A DNA stretch of 36,703 nt from Candidatus Bipolaricaulota bacterium (GTDB lineage Bacteria; Bipolaricaulota; Bipolaricaulia; UBA7950; UBA9294): assembly GCA_026390315.1 (NCBI GenBank), contig JAPLGE010000069.1, positions 1 through 36,703 of the forward strand. Direction: 5' to 3'. Both the position numbers and the translations under genes were made by a program. Shown in pieces: positions 26,804 to 34,481 of the stretch. The notes beneath the pieces are model-generated. The model did no database searches, was not told where the DNA came from, and saw only the letters and a program-made list of their open reading frames with translations. The stretch's first letter is position 1. Each line of letters opens with the position of its first letter.

Positions 26804-27861
26804 CGCGGCGCGCGGTGACCGTCGGAGACGTTCGCATCGGAGGAGGGGCCCCGATCGTCGTTCAGTCCATGACGAACACCGACACGCGCGACGTGGCGGC
26901 GACCGTCGCTCAGATCGCGCTTCTCGAACGAGCCGGGTGCGAGATTGTCCGCGTCGCGGTGCCCGACCGCGCGGCAGGAGAAGCCCTGAAGGAGATCGTC
27001 GGGCGGGCTCCGGTGCCGCTCGTCGCGGACATCCATTTCGACCATCGCCTCGCCCTGCAGGCGATCGAGGCCGGCGTGGCGAAGCTGCGCTTGAACCCGG
27101 GGAACCTCACGGACCGCAGGAAAATCGCAGACATCGTCCGTGCGGCGGGCGAGGCCGGGATCCCGATTCGCGTCGGCGCGAACTCCGGCTCCCTCGCTCG
27201 GAGGTTCCGCGACGCCCACGGGCGGCCGACCGCAGAAGGGCTCGTCTCGAGTGCCCTCGAGGAAGTCCGGCTGCTGGAGGAGCTCGGGTTCGACCAGATC
27301 GTGATCTCGGTCAAGGGCACGGACGTTCCGATGACCGTGGCCGCCTATCGCGACGTCGTGCAGAAGGTCGACTATCCGCTTCACATCGGAATCACCGAGG
27401 CGGGCACGGCCCGGGAGGGGGCGATCCGCTCGTCGGTCGGACTGGGAATCCTCCTCGCGGAAGGGCTCGGAGACACGCTTCGCGTCTCGCTCGCTGCCGA
27501 TCCAGTCGAGGAGGTCCGCGTGGCGTACGAGATCCTGCGGGCCCTCGGCCTGCGGGAGCGGGGGATCTGCTACCGGGTCTGCCCGACGTGCGGCCGGACC
27601 GAGGTAGACCTCGTGAGGATCGCCCGAGAGGTCGAGGAGGCGCTCGTCGACGTGATCCAGCCGCTCACCGTGGCCCTGATGGGGTGCGTGGTGAACGGCC
27701 TGGGCGAGGCCGGGGAGGCGGACGTCGCCCTCGTGGGTGGGCCCCACAGCGGGACGGTGTATGTCGACGGAGAACCGGTCGACCGCGCGGTGCTGGAGGC
27801 GGGCCTCGCGGAAGCCGTGATCCGCGCCGTGCGCGCGAAGGTGGGCTCCCATGACGGCTAG
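26800..27861 (+). CDS. ispG: HMBPP synthase IspG
   Basis: IVVQSMTNT, VADIHF, RLNPGN, PLHIGITEAG, GDTLRVSL, CPTCGR, MGCVVNG. Confidence 0.96.
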   Translation: MTRRAVTVGDVRIGGGAPIVVQSMTNTDTRDVAATVAQIALLERAGCEIVRVAVPDRAAGEALKEIVGRAPVPLVADIHFDHRLALQAIEAGVAKLRLNPGNLTDRRKIADIVRAAGEAGIPIRVGANSGSLARRFRDAHGRPTAEGLVSSALEEVRLLEELGFDQIVISVKGTDVPMTVAAYRDVVQKVDYPLHIGITEAGTAREGAIRSSVGLGILLAEGLGDTLRVSLAADPVEEVRVAYEILRALGLRERGICYRVCPTCGRTEVDLVRIAREVEEALVDVIQPLTVALMGCVVNGLGEAGEADVALVGGPHSGTVYVDGEPVDRAVLEAGLAEAVIRAVRAKVGSHDG

Positions 27862-29791
27862 GGCCGGGCAGGACGTCGCGCCGAGACTCCGTGCGTCGAG
27901 CGAGGCCATCGACCTCGCGGTGGATCGAGCCGTCTCGCACCTCCTCGCGGTTCAAGGCGACGAAGGCTATTGGTGGGGGGAGCTCGAATCGAACGTCACG
28001 ATCACGGCGGAGCACCTCTTCTTGACGCACATCCTGGGCGCCGGCGACGCCGGCGAGTGGGAGAAGATCGCGCGCTATCTTCTCTCGAAGCAGCGGTCCG
28101 ACGGGACCTGGGCGAACTGGTACGACGGGCCGGGGAATCTCTCGACCACGATCGAGGCCTATCTCGCGCTCAAGATGGCGGGGACCTCCGCCGACGCGCC
28201 CGCGATGACGCGCGCCTGCGAGGCGATCCTTTCTTTGGGCGGGATCGAGGAGGCGCGGGTCTTCACGAAGATCTGGCTCGCCCTGCTCGGCGAGTGGGAC
28301 TGGCGGGGAACGCCGGTCCTTCCGCCGGAGCTCGTCCTCCTTCCGGGTTGGTCCCCCCTCAGCATCTACTCCTTCGCCTGCTGGGCCCGCGGGACGATCG
28401 TTCCGATGACGATCATCCGCACGCTTCGGCCGGTCTTCCCCCTCCCGCGCTTCGCGCACGTCGACGAGCTCTTCGTCCGCGGAAGGGAGAGGGCGGAGCT
28501 TGCGCTTCCCCGGTCGCACCGCTCCGCCTGGGCGACGCTCTTCCTCGCGGCGGACCGGGCCTTGCGCGCTACCGAGCGCCTCCCGGTGAAGCCCTTCCGG
28601 CGGCGAGCGATCCGCGCGGCGGAACGGTGGATCGTGGCGCATCAAGAGGAGGACGGCTCCTGGGGCGGGATCCAGCCACCCTGGGTCTACTCGCTCATCG
28701 CGCTTCACGCGCTCGGCTACCCCTCGGAGCACCCCGTGATCCGCCGCGGCCTGGCTGGCTTCACCGGGCCGAAGGGCTTCGCGATCGAGGAAGAGGAGTC
28801 CTTCCGGCTCCAGTCCTGCCTCTCCCCGGTCTGGGACACGGGGCTCGCCATGCTCGCTCTGGAGGAGGCCGGCTTGGCGGAAGACCACCCGGCGCTCGTC
28901 CGGGCCGGCGAATGGCTCCTCGACGAGCAGATCCTCTCCGGCGGAGACTGGCAGGTCCGCTCGTCGGGGCGCCCCGGAGGATGGGCGTTTGAGTTCTCGA
29001 ACGACCTCTACCCGGACACCGACGACGCGGCGATCGTGGTCGCTGCCCTCTCCGGAGCCAAGCTCGACCCGGTGCGGAAGCGCGAGGCGATCGAGCGGGC
29101 CGCCGATTGGCTCCTGGCCATGCAGAGCCGAAACGGCGGTTGGGGGGCCTTCGACCGCAACAACACGCAGTCCTGGTTGCGGGAGATCCCGTTCGCCGAC
29201 TTCGGGGAGATGATCGACCCGCCCTCGGCGGACGTCACGGCGCACATCGTTGAGGTCTTGGGGCGACTCGGCTTCCTCCGCCCCGGCACCCGACGGCTCG
29301 ATCGCGCCCTCCGTTACCTCGAGGGAGAGCAGGAGGCCGACGGGGCGTGGTTCGGACGGTGGGGGGTGAACCTCACGTACGGGATCGGAGCGGTCCTCCC
29401 CGCCCTGGAAGCTGCGGGCGTGCCGGCGGAGGCTCCCGCGGTCCGCCGAGCGGTCGGCTGGCTCCTGGATCATCAGAACGCCGACGGCGGATGGGGGGAG
29501 CGCGTGGAGGGCGTGGATCCGCTCTCCAGGGGTCGCGGACCCTCCACTCCCTCGCAGACGGCCTGGGCCCTCATGGGTCTGATCGCGGCCGGCGAGGGAA
29601 GGCACCCGGCCGCGCAGCGTGGGGCCGAGTTCCTCGTCTCACGCCAGAAGGCCGACGGGAGCTGGGACGAGCCCGAGTTCACGGGGACGGGGTTCCCGAT
29701 CGACTTCATGATCAACTACCACCTCTACCGAGACGTCTTCCCGCTCTTGGCTCTCGGACGCTATCGCAAGGCCGCCGGGGAGGTCGCGTGA
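27851..29791 (+). CDS. shc: Squalene-hopene cyclase (HpnF)
   Basis: Catalytic DTDD, SPVWDT, GGWAFE, several QW repeats (QRSDGTW, QEEDGSW, QNADGGW, QKADGSW), TGTGFP. Confidence 0.97.
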   Translation: MTARAGQDVAPRLRASSEAIDLAVDRAVSHLLAVQGDEGYWWGELESNVTITAEHLFLTHILGAGDAGEWEKIARYLLSKQRSDGTWANWYDGPGNLSTTIEAYLALKMAGTSADAPAMTRACEAILSLGGIEEARVFTKIWLALLGEWDWRGTPVLPPELVLLPGWSPLSIYSFACWARGTIVPMTIIRTLRPVFPLPRFAHVDELFVRGRERAELALPRSHRSAWATLFLAADRALRATERLPVKPFRRRAIRAAERWIVAHQEEDGSWGGIQPPWVYSLIALHALGYPSEHPVIRRGLAGFTGPKGFAIEEEESFRLQSCLSPVWDTGLAMLALEEAGLAEDHPALVRAGEWLLDEQILSGGDWQVRSSGRPGGWAFEFSNDLYPDTDDAAIVVAALSGAKLDPVRKREAIERAADWLLAMQSRNGGWGAFDRNNTQSWLREIPFADFGEMIDPPSADVTAHIVEVLGRLGFLRPGTRRLDRALRYLEGEQEADGAWFGRWGVNLTYGIGAVLPALEAAGVPAEAPAVRRAVGWLLDHQNADGGWGERVEGVDPLSRGRGPSTPSQTAWALMGLIAAGEGRHPAAQRGAEFLVSRQKADGSWDEPEFTGTGFPIDFMINYHLYRDVFPLLALGRYRKAAGEVA

Positions 29792-30645
29792 AGGTCGTGA
29801 AGGCGAACGTCCTCGGGTTCTGCTTCGGCGTCCGGCGTGCCGTGACGATGATCGAGACGGAGCTCGAGAAGTCGGGGGACCTGGCGACCCTGGGGGCGAT
29901 CGTCCACAACACGCACGTCGTCGACGGCCTAGCGAAGAAGGGAGGCCGGCTGGTTCGGACTCTCGACGACGTCCCGGCGGGGGGCGCCGTCGCCATCACG
30001 GCGCACGGCGCGGGGGAGGAGGTATACGAGGAGAGCAAGCGACGGGGGCTCCGCCTGATCGACACGACTTGCCCGATCGTGCGGCGGGCGCAGGAAGCGG
30101 CGGCCAAGCTCGTCGAAGAGGGTTTCTTCGTCGTCCTCTACGGCGAAGCAGAGCACCCGGAAGTGCGGGGGATCCTCTCCTGGACGCGGGGCCAGGGCTT
30201 GGCGACGCACGCTCCGGAGGTCGACGTTCCCATCCCCACGAATGCGAAGGGGATCGCGATCATCGCCCAGACGACCAAGCACCCGGCGCTGTTCGCCGAG
30301 TTCGTCCAGGCCTTGACCAAGCGCTACACCGTGCGCGTGCCGGAGATCCGCATCGTCGACACGACGTGCCCGGAGACCGGCCGTCGCTATCAGGCCGCCC
30401 GCGAGCTGGCCGGAGACGTCGACGTCATGGTCGTGGTCGGGAGTCGGTCCTCGGCCAACACGCGGAAGCTGGCGGAGACGTGCCGTGCCACGGGGAGGCC
30501 GACGTACCACATCGAGTCAGCGTCGGAGATTGACGAGGCGTGGTTCTCGCACGCGAAACGGTTCGGAGTGACGGCGGGGGCGTCGACGCCCGACGACCTG
30601 ATCGACGCCGTGGTCGAACGACTTGAGAAAGGGGGCGGGAGGTGA
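29788..30645 (+). CDS. ispH: HMBPP reductase IspH (LytB)
   Basis: GTG 29788; GFCFGV, IVHN, DTTCPIV, HPEV, QTT, third Cys in DTTCPET, GVTAGASTP. Confidence 0.95.
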   Translation: MKVVKANVLGFCFGVRRAVTMIETELEKSGDLATLGAIVHNTHVVDGLAKKGGRLVRTLDDVPAGGAVAITAHGAGEEVYEESKRRGLRLIDTTCPIVRRAQEAAAKLVEEGFFVVLYGEAEHPEVRGILSWTRGQGLATHAPEVDVPIPTNAKGIAIIAQTTKHPALFAEFVQALTKRYTVRVPEIRIVDTTCPETGRRYQAARELAGDVDVMVVVGSRSSANTRKLAETCRATGRPTYHIESASEIDEAWFSHAKRFGVTAGASTPDDLIDAVVERLEKGGGR

Positions 30646-31169
30646 AGAGAAGAGAAGAACGGGAGGGCGCTCCGCGCCTCCGCTCGACGGCGGCGACGCG
30701 ACCGCGCGCCGAGGAGGAGCCGGCGGTCCAGATCCATCGAGAGGTCGTCCGCAGGACGGCGACGAGGGCAGCCGAGTTCATCGACATCACCGGCGAGGTG
30801 GAACGAATCCTCGGACGCTCCGCCATCCGCGAAGGCTCGGTCTTCGTCTTCTCCCGGCACACGACGGCGGCGATCGTGATCAACGAACACGAGCCGCTCC
30901 TCCTTCACGACATGACGCACTTCCTCGAGCGGACCGTCCCCCGCGAGGGCGACTACCAGCACAACGACTTCACCATCCGGACCGCGAACATGACCGAGGA
31001 CGAGTGCCCGAACGGCCACGCGCACTGTCAGCACCTGGTTCTGGGGACGAGCGAGTGGATCCCCGTCTCGGAGGGGGCGCTCCTGCTCGGGAAGTGGCAG
31101 CGGATCTTCCTCGTCGAGCTCGACCGTCCGCGCGAGCGGGAGGTCGTCGTTCAGGTTCAGGGATGGTAG
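30642..31169 (+). CDS. yjbQ: YjbQ/UPF0047 family protein
   Basis: FIDIT, HTTAAIVINE, NGHAH, LGKWQRIFLVELDRPR; overlaps both ispH and hpnC. Confidence 0.9.
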   Translation: MKRREEREGAPRLRSTAATRPRAEEEPAVQIHREVVRRTATRAAEFIDITGEVERILGRSAIREGSVFVFSRHTTAAIVINEHEPLLLHDMTHFLERTVPREGDYQHNDFTIRTANMTEDECPNGHAHCQHLVLGTSEWIPVSEGALLLGKWQRIFLVELDRPREREVVVQVQGW

Positions 31170-32071
31170 AGGCGCACCTCGCCGCCGTGATCAAGCCGCC
31201 GGACCGCCGGCCGACGGTCGCCGAGGCGGCGGACCTGTGCCTTCGGCTCGCCCGGACGCACTACGAGAACTTCGCGGTCGTCTCGTGGCTCACCCCTCGC
31301 CGGATGAGGGTCCACGTCGCGGCGCTCTACGCCTACTGCCGGACGGTGGACGACCTCGGCGACGAGGCGGCCGGGGACCGCGTGGAGCTCCTCGACCGCT
31401 TCGAGGCGGAGCTTGGCGCCGCCTATCGGGGCGCGGCGCGGCACCCGGTGCTCGTTGCCCTGGAACGGACGATCGAGACGTTCGCGCTCCCCGAGGAGCC
31501 CTTCCGGAAGCTCATCGAGGCGAACCGCATCGACCAAACGAAGCGCCGCTACGCGACTTTTGCCGAGCTCCTCGACTACTGCGACCATTCGGCGAACCCC
31601 GTGGGGCGCCTGTTCCTTCACCTCTTCGGTTACCGTGACGAGGAGAGGCTCGCCCTATCGGACGCAACCTGCACGGCGCTTCAGCTCACGAACTTCTGGC
31701 AGGACCTCCGGCGCGACCACTCGGCGGGGCGGATCTACCTCCCCGAGGACGACCGCGCGGCGTGGGGCGTGTCGGAGGCGGATCTTCTCGCCGCGACGGC
31801 GACGGACGAGCTCCGGGGGTTGATCGAGTCCCTCGTCGAGCGGACGAGGGACTACTTCCGTAAAGGCCTTCCCCTACTCGATCGCGTGCGCGGCCGTCTC
31901 TGGGTCGACCTCGCCCTCTTCTCGCGAGGGGGCCTCGCCATCCTGGAGAAGCTCGAGGAGCAACGGTGGGATCCGCTCAAGAGGAGGCCCGTCCTCTCAG
32001 GCGGCGAGAAGCTCGGCCTCTTCGCGAAGACGCTCGTCTTGCGGGATTGGGAGCGATGGATCGAGCGCTGA
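31163..32071 (+). CDS. hpnC: Hydroxysqualene synthase HpnC
   Basis: ATG 31163; HYENF, YAYCRTVDDLGDE, SANPVGR, LQLTNFWQD. Confidence 0.92.
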   Translation: MVEAHLAAVIKPPDRRPTVAEAADLCLRLARTHYENFAVVSWLTPRRMRVHVAALYAYCRTVDDLGDEAAGDRVELLDRFEAELGAAYRGAARHPVLVALERTIETFALPEEPFRKLIEANRIDQTKRRYATFAELLDYCDHSANPVGRLFLHLFGYRDEERLALSDATCTALQLTNFWQDLRRDHSAGRIYLPEDDRAAWGVSEADLLAATATDELRGLIESLVERTRDYFRKGLPLLDRVRGRLWVDLALFSRGGLAILEKLEEQRWDPLKRRPVLSGGEKLGLFAKTLVLRDWERWIER

Positions 32072-32931
32072 GGGCGAGCTATCGGGCCTGCGCGCGACTG
32101 ACGCGGCGGGAGGCGAGGAACTTCTACCTTGGGTTTGCGACCCTGCCGCGGCGGAAGCGACTCGCGGTCTGTGCCGTGTACGCCTTCTGCCGCGAGGCCG
32201 ACGACATCGCCGACGGAGAGACCCCACTCGAGACGAAGAAGGCCGGGCTCGCCGAGCTGCGGGGCCGCCTCGCGCAAGCCGCCTCCGGAGCGCCGTCCGG
32301 TGAGAGAGACCTCGCCTTGGCGGACGCGATCGCGCGATTCTCCGTGGATCCGCAGGACCTCGCGGACGTGGTCGCGGGCGTCGAGATGGACCTTCGGGCC
32401 ACGCGCGTCGCGACGTACGCCGAACTCCGGCGCTACGCCGAGCTTGTGGCTTCGGCCGCGGGCCTCGCGATCCTTCCCGTCCTCGCGTGGAGGCGAGGCG
32501 GCGCCCGGGTCACGCCCCAGGCTCGGGCCGCGGCGGTGGAGCTTGGGGTGGGAATGCAGCTCGTGAACGTCCTCCGCGACGTGAAGGAGGATGCGGAGCG
32601 CGGCCGGATCTACCTTCCCCGGGAAGACCTGGTACGGTTCGACGTGACCGAGGAGGCGCTCTCTTGCGGGGTGATCGAAGGGGGGACCCGCGCGCTCCTT
32701 GCCTTCGAAGCCGAGCGGGCGCGTGAGGCCCTGAAGAAGGCTTCGGACCTCGCGTCGCGCCTCCCCCGCCACGCGCGCGGCTGCCTGGCCCTTCTTGGCG
32801 CGATCTACTCCCGCCTCCTCGATCGGATCGACGCCCGCGGCTACGACGTGTTCGGCCCGCGGATCTGCCTCACGGGCGGGGAGAAGCTCTGGCTCTTCGT
32901 CCGAACCTACCTCCGCGCGACCTTCCGATGA
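32056..32931 (+). CDS. hpnD: Presqualene diphosphate synthase HpnD
   Basis: ATG 32056; NFYLGF, YAFCREADDIAD, MQLVNVLRDVKEDAERGRIYLP; lies between hpnC and hpnE. Confidence 0.88.
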   Translation: MDRALRASYRACARLTRREARNFYLGFATLPRRKRLAVCAVYAFCREADDIADGETPLETKKAGLAELRGRLAQAASGAPSGERDLALADAIARFSVDPQDLADVVAGVEMDLRATRVATYAELRRYAELVASAAGLAILPVLAWRRGGARVTPQARAAAVELGVGMQLVNVLRDVKEDAERGRIYLPREDLVRFDVTEEALSCGVIEGGTRALLAFEAERAREALKKASDLASRLPRHARGCLALLGAIYSRLLDRIDARGYDVFGPRICLTGGEKLWLFVRTYLRATFR

Positions 32932-34229
32932 GAGAGGCGATCGTTGTCGGCGGCGGAGCCGCGGGGACGAGCGCTGCCGCCTCTCTCGCCGAGCGAGGGA
33001 TCCGCGTCCTCCTGCTCGAGCGGTCGGCTCGCCTGGGAGGGAGGGCGGCATCGTTCTCGTTTGAGAGACGCGGGGAGGAGGTAGACACCGGCGAGCACGT
33101 CCTCTTGCGCTGCTGCACGGAGGTCGTGGCGCTTCTCGCGCAGCTTGGAGTTGAGGAGAGCGTCGCGTTCCAGCCGAGGCTCCGTGTTCCGATGCGGAGC
33201 GGATCGCGTCGGACGGTCCTCCGCTCGAGTCCCCTTCCCGGGCCGCTCCACCTTCTCCCGGGCCTCCTTGGCTACAACCTACTCCATGTCCGGGAGCGGT
33301 GGCGGGCCGTGGGGACGGCGGCCCGGCTTCTCTTGGGAGGATCGAGTCAAGAGGAGACGTTCCGCGACTGGCTCGAGCGGCGAGGCGAGTCGCGCGCGGC
33401 GATCGAGAGGCTGTGGGATCCGATCTCCGTCGCCACGCTGAACGCCCACGCGAACACGGCGCGGCTCGACCTCGCGGCCAAGGTCTTCCGTGACGCCTTC
33501 TCGAGGCCCCACGGCGCAGACCTTGGCTTCTTCACGCGGCCCCTGTCCCGCGTCTTTTCGGCGATCGTCCTCTACCTTGCCGCGCGGGGCGGAGCGGTGC
33601 GCCTCGGCGCGCGGGTCGACGCGATCCTCGCGAACGGCGGCGCCGTGCGCGGCGTGCGGCTTGCGACCGGCGAGGTCCTGGAGAGCGACGCGGTCGTCGC
33701 GGCGGTCCCTCCCTTCGACCTGGGACGGCTCCTTCCCCGCGAGGCCGTGGGCGACGCGTACCTCGCCGGGCTCGGCCGGCTGCGGTGGGCGCCCATCGTG
33801 AACGTCCACCTGTGGTTTGACCGGCCGGTGCTCGAAGACCCGTTCACCGTGTGCGTCGACTCCCGCCTCCAAGCGGTCTTCGACGTCTCGCGGCTCCACA
33901 ACCAGACGGGCGCGACGCACCTCGTCCTCTCGCAGAGCGCGGCGGAGGAGTGGCTCTCCCTCTCCCCGGCCGAGATCGAGGTGGCGCTCCTTCCGGAGCT
34001 GCGCCGCGCCTTTCCCGAGGGGGAGGGCGCGAAGCGCCTCGACGCGCTCGTGGTGAAGCATCCGCGCGCGACCTGGGTCCCCGGGCCGGGAAGCGAGAGG
34101 GATCGGCTGTCTCCGCTCACCCCGATTCGCGGGCTCGTCCTCGCCGGAGACGCGACGACGACCGGCTGGCCGTCGACGCTCGAAGGGGCGGTGCGGTCCG
34201 GGCGGACCGCGGCTGGGCTCCTCCTCTGA
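32928..34229 (+). CDS. hpnE: Hydroxysqualene dehydroxylase HpnE
   Basis: GGGAAG dinucleotide fold, LGGRA, DTGEH, PIVNVHLWFD, LAGD..TGWPSTLEGAVRSG. Confidence 0.9.
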   Translation: MREAIVVGGGAAGTSAAASLAERGIRVLLLERSARLGGRAASFSFERRGEEVDTGEHVLLRCCTEVVALLAQLGVEESVAFQPRLRVPMRSGSRRTVLRSSPLPGPLHLLPGLLGYNLLHVRERWRAVGTAARLLLGGSSQEETFRDWLERRGESRAAIERLWDPISVATLNAHANTARLDLAAKVFRDAFSRPHGADLGFFTRPLSRVFSAIVLYLAARGGAVRLGARVDAILANGGAVRGVRLATGEVLESDAVVAAVPPFDLGRLLPREAVGDAYLAGLGRLRWAPIVNVHLWFDRPVLEDPFTVCVDSRLQAVFDVSRLHNQTGATHLVLSQSAAEEWLSLSPAEIEVALLPELRRAFPEGEGAKRLDALVVKHPRATWVPGPGSERDRLSPLTPIRGLVLAGDATTTGWPSTLEGAVRSGRTAAGLLL

Positions 34230-34331
34230 CCTCGCCCGTGGGCCACGGGCGAGAGGCCTCGCGAGACCCTGCGAAGCGAAGCCGTCGCCGGGCGTTCGGA
34301 CGATGCCGCTCGCTCGCACGTCCGTATGCTC

Positions 34332-34360
34332 TTGACACCCTCGAAGAGGTGCGCTAGGAT
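34332..34360 (+). promoter_or_regulatory. Sigma70 promoter for the aconitase operon
   Basis: Consensus TTGACA (34332-34337), 17-nt spacer, TAGGAT (34355-34360). Confidence 0.8.
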
Positions 34361-34364
34361 GAGA

Positions 34365-34400
34365 GTCGCAGATTGAGAAGTCAGTCTCATATTCCGGGAA
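34365..34400 (+). promoter_or_regulatory. Putative repressor operator (possibly for the downstream IclR)
   Basis: TCGCA-gat-TGAGA and TGAGA-N6-TCTCA dyads just downstream of the -10 element. Confidence 0.45.
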
Positions 34401-34481
34401 GGCTGACCGGACCGCGGAGGCTCCGCTGGGGCCGTCGCATCGAAAAGAACGGCGCTGTGGCGTCTAGGAGAGGTGGTGTCC

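Noticed and set aside
31163-34229. Alternative reading as carotenoid genes (crtB/crtI-like)
   Set aside because: The HpnC HYENF motif, the C-D-E gene order and linkage to shc/hpnH/hpnG indicate squalene synthesis.
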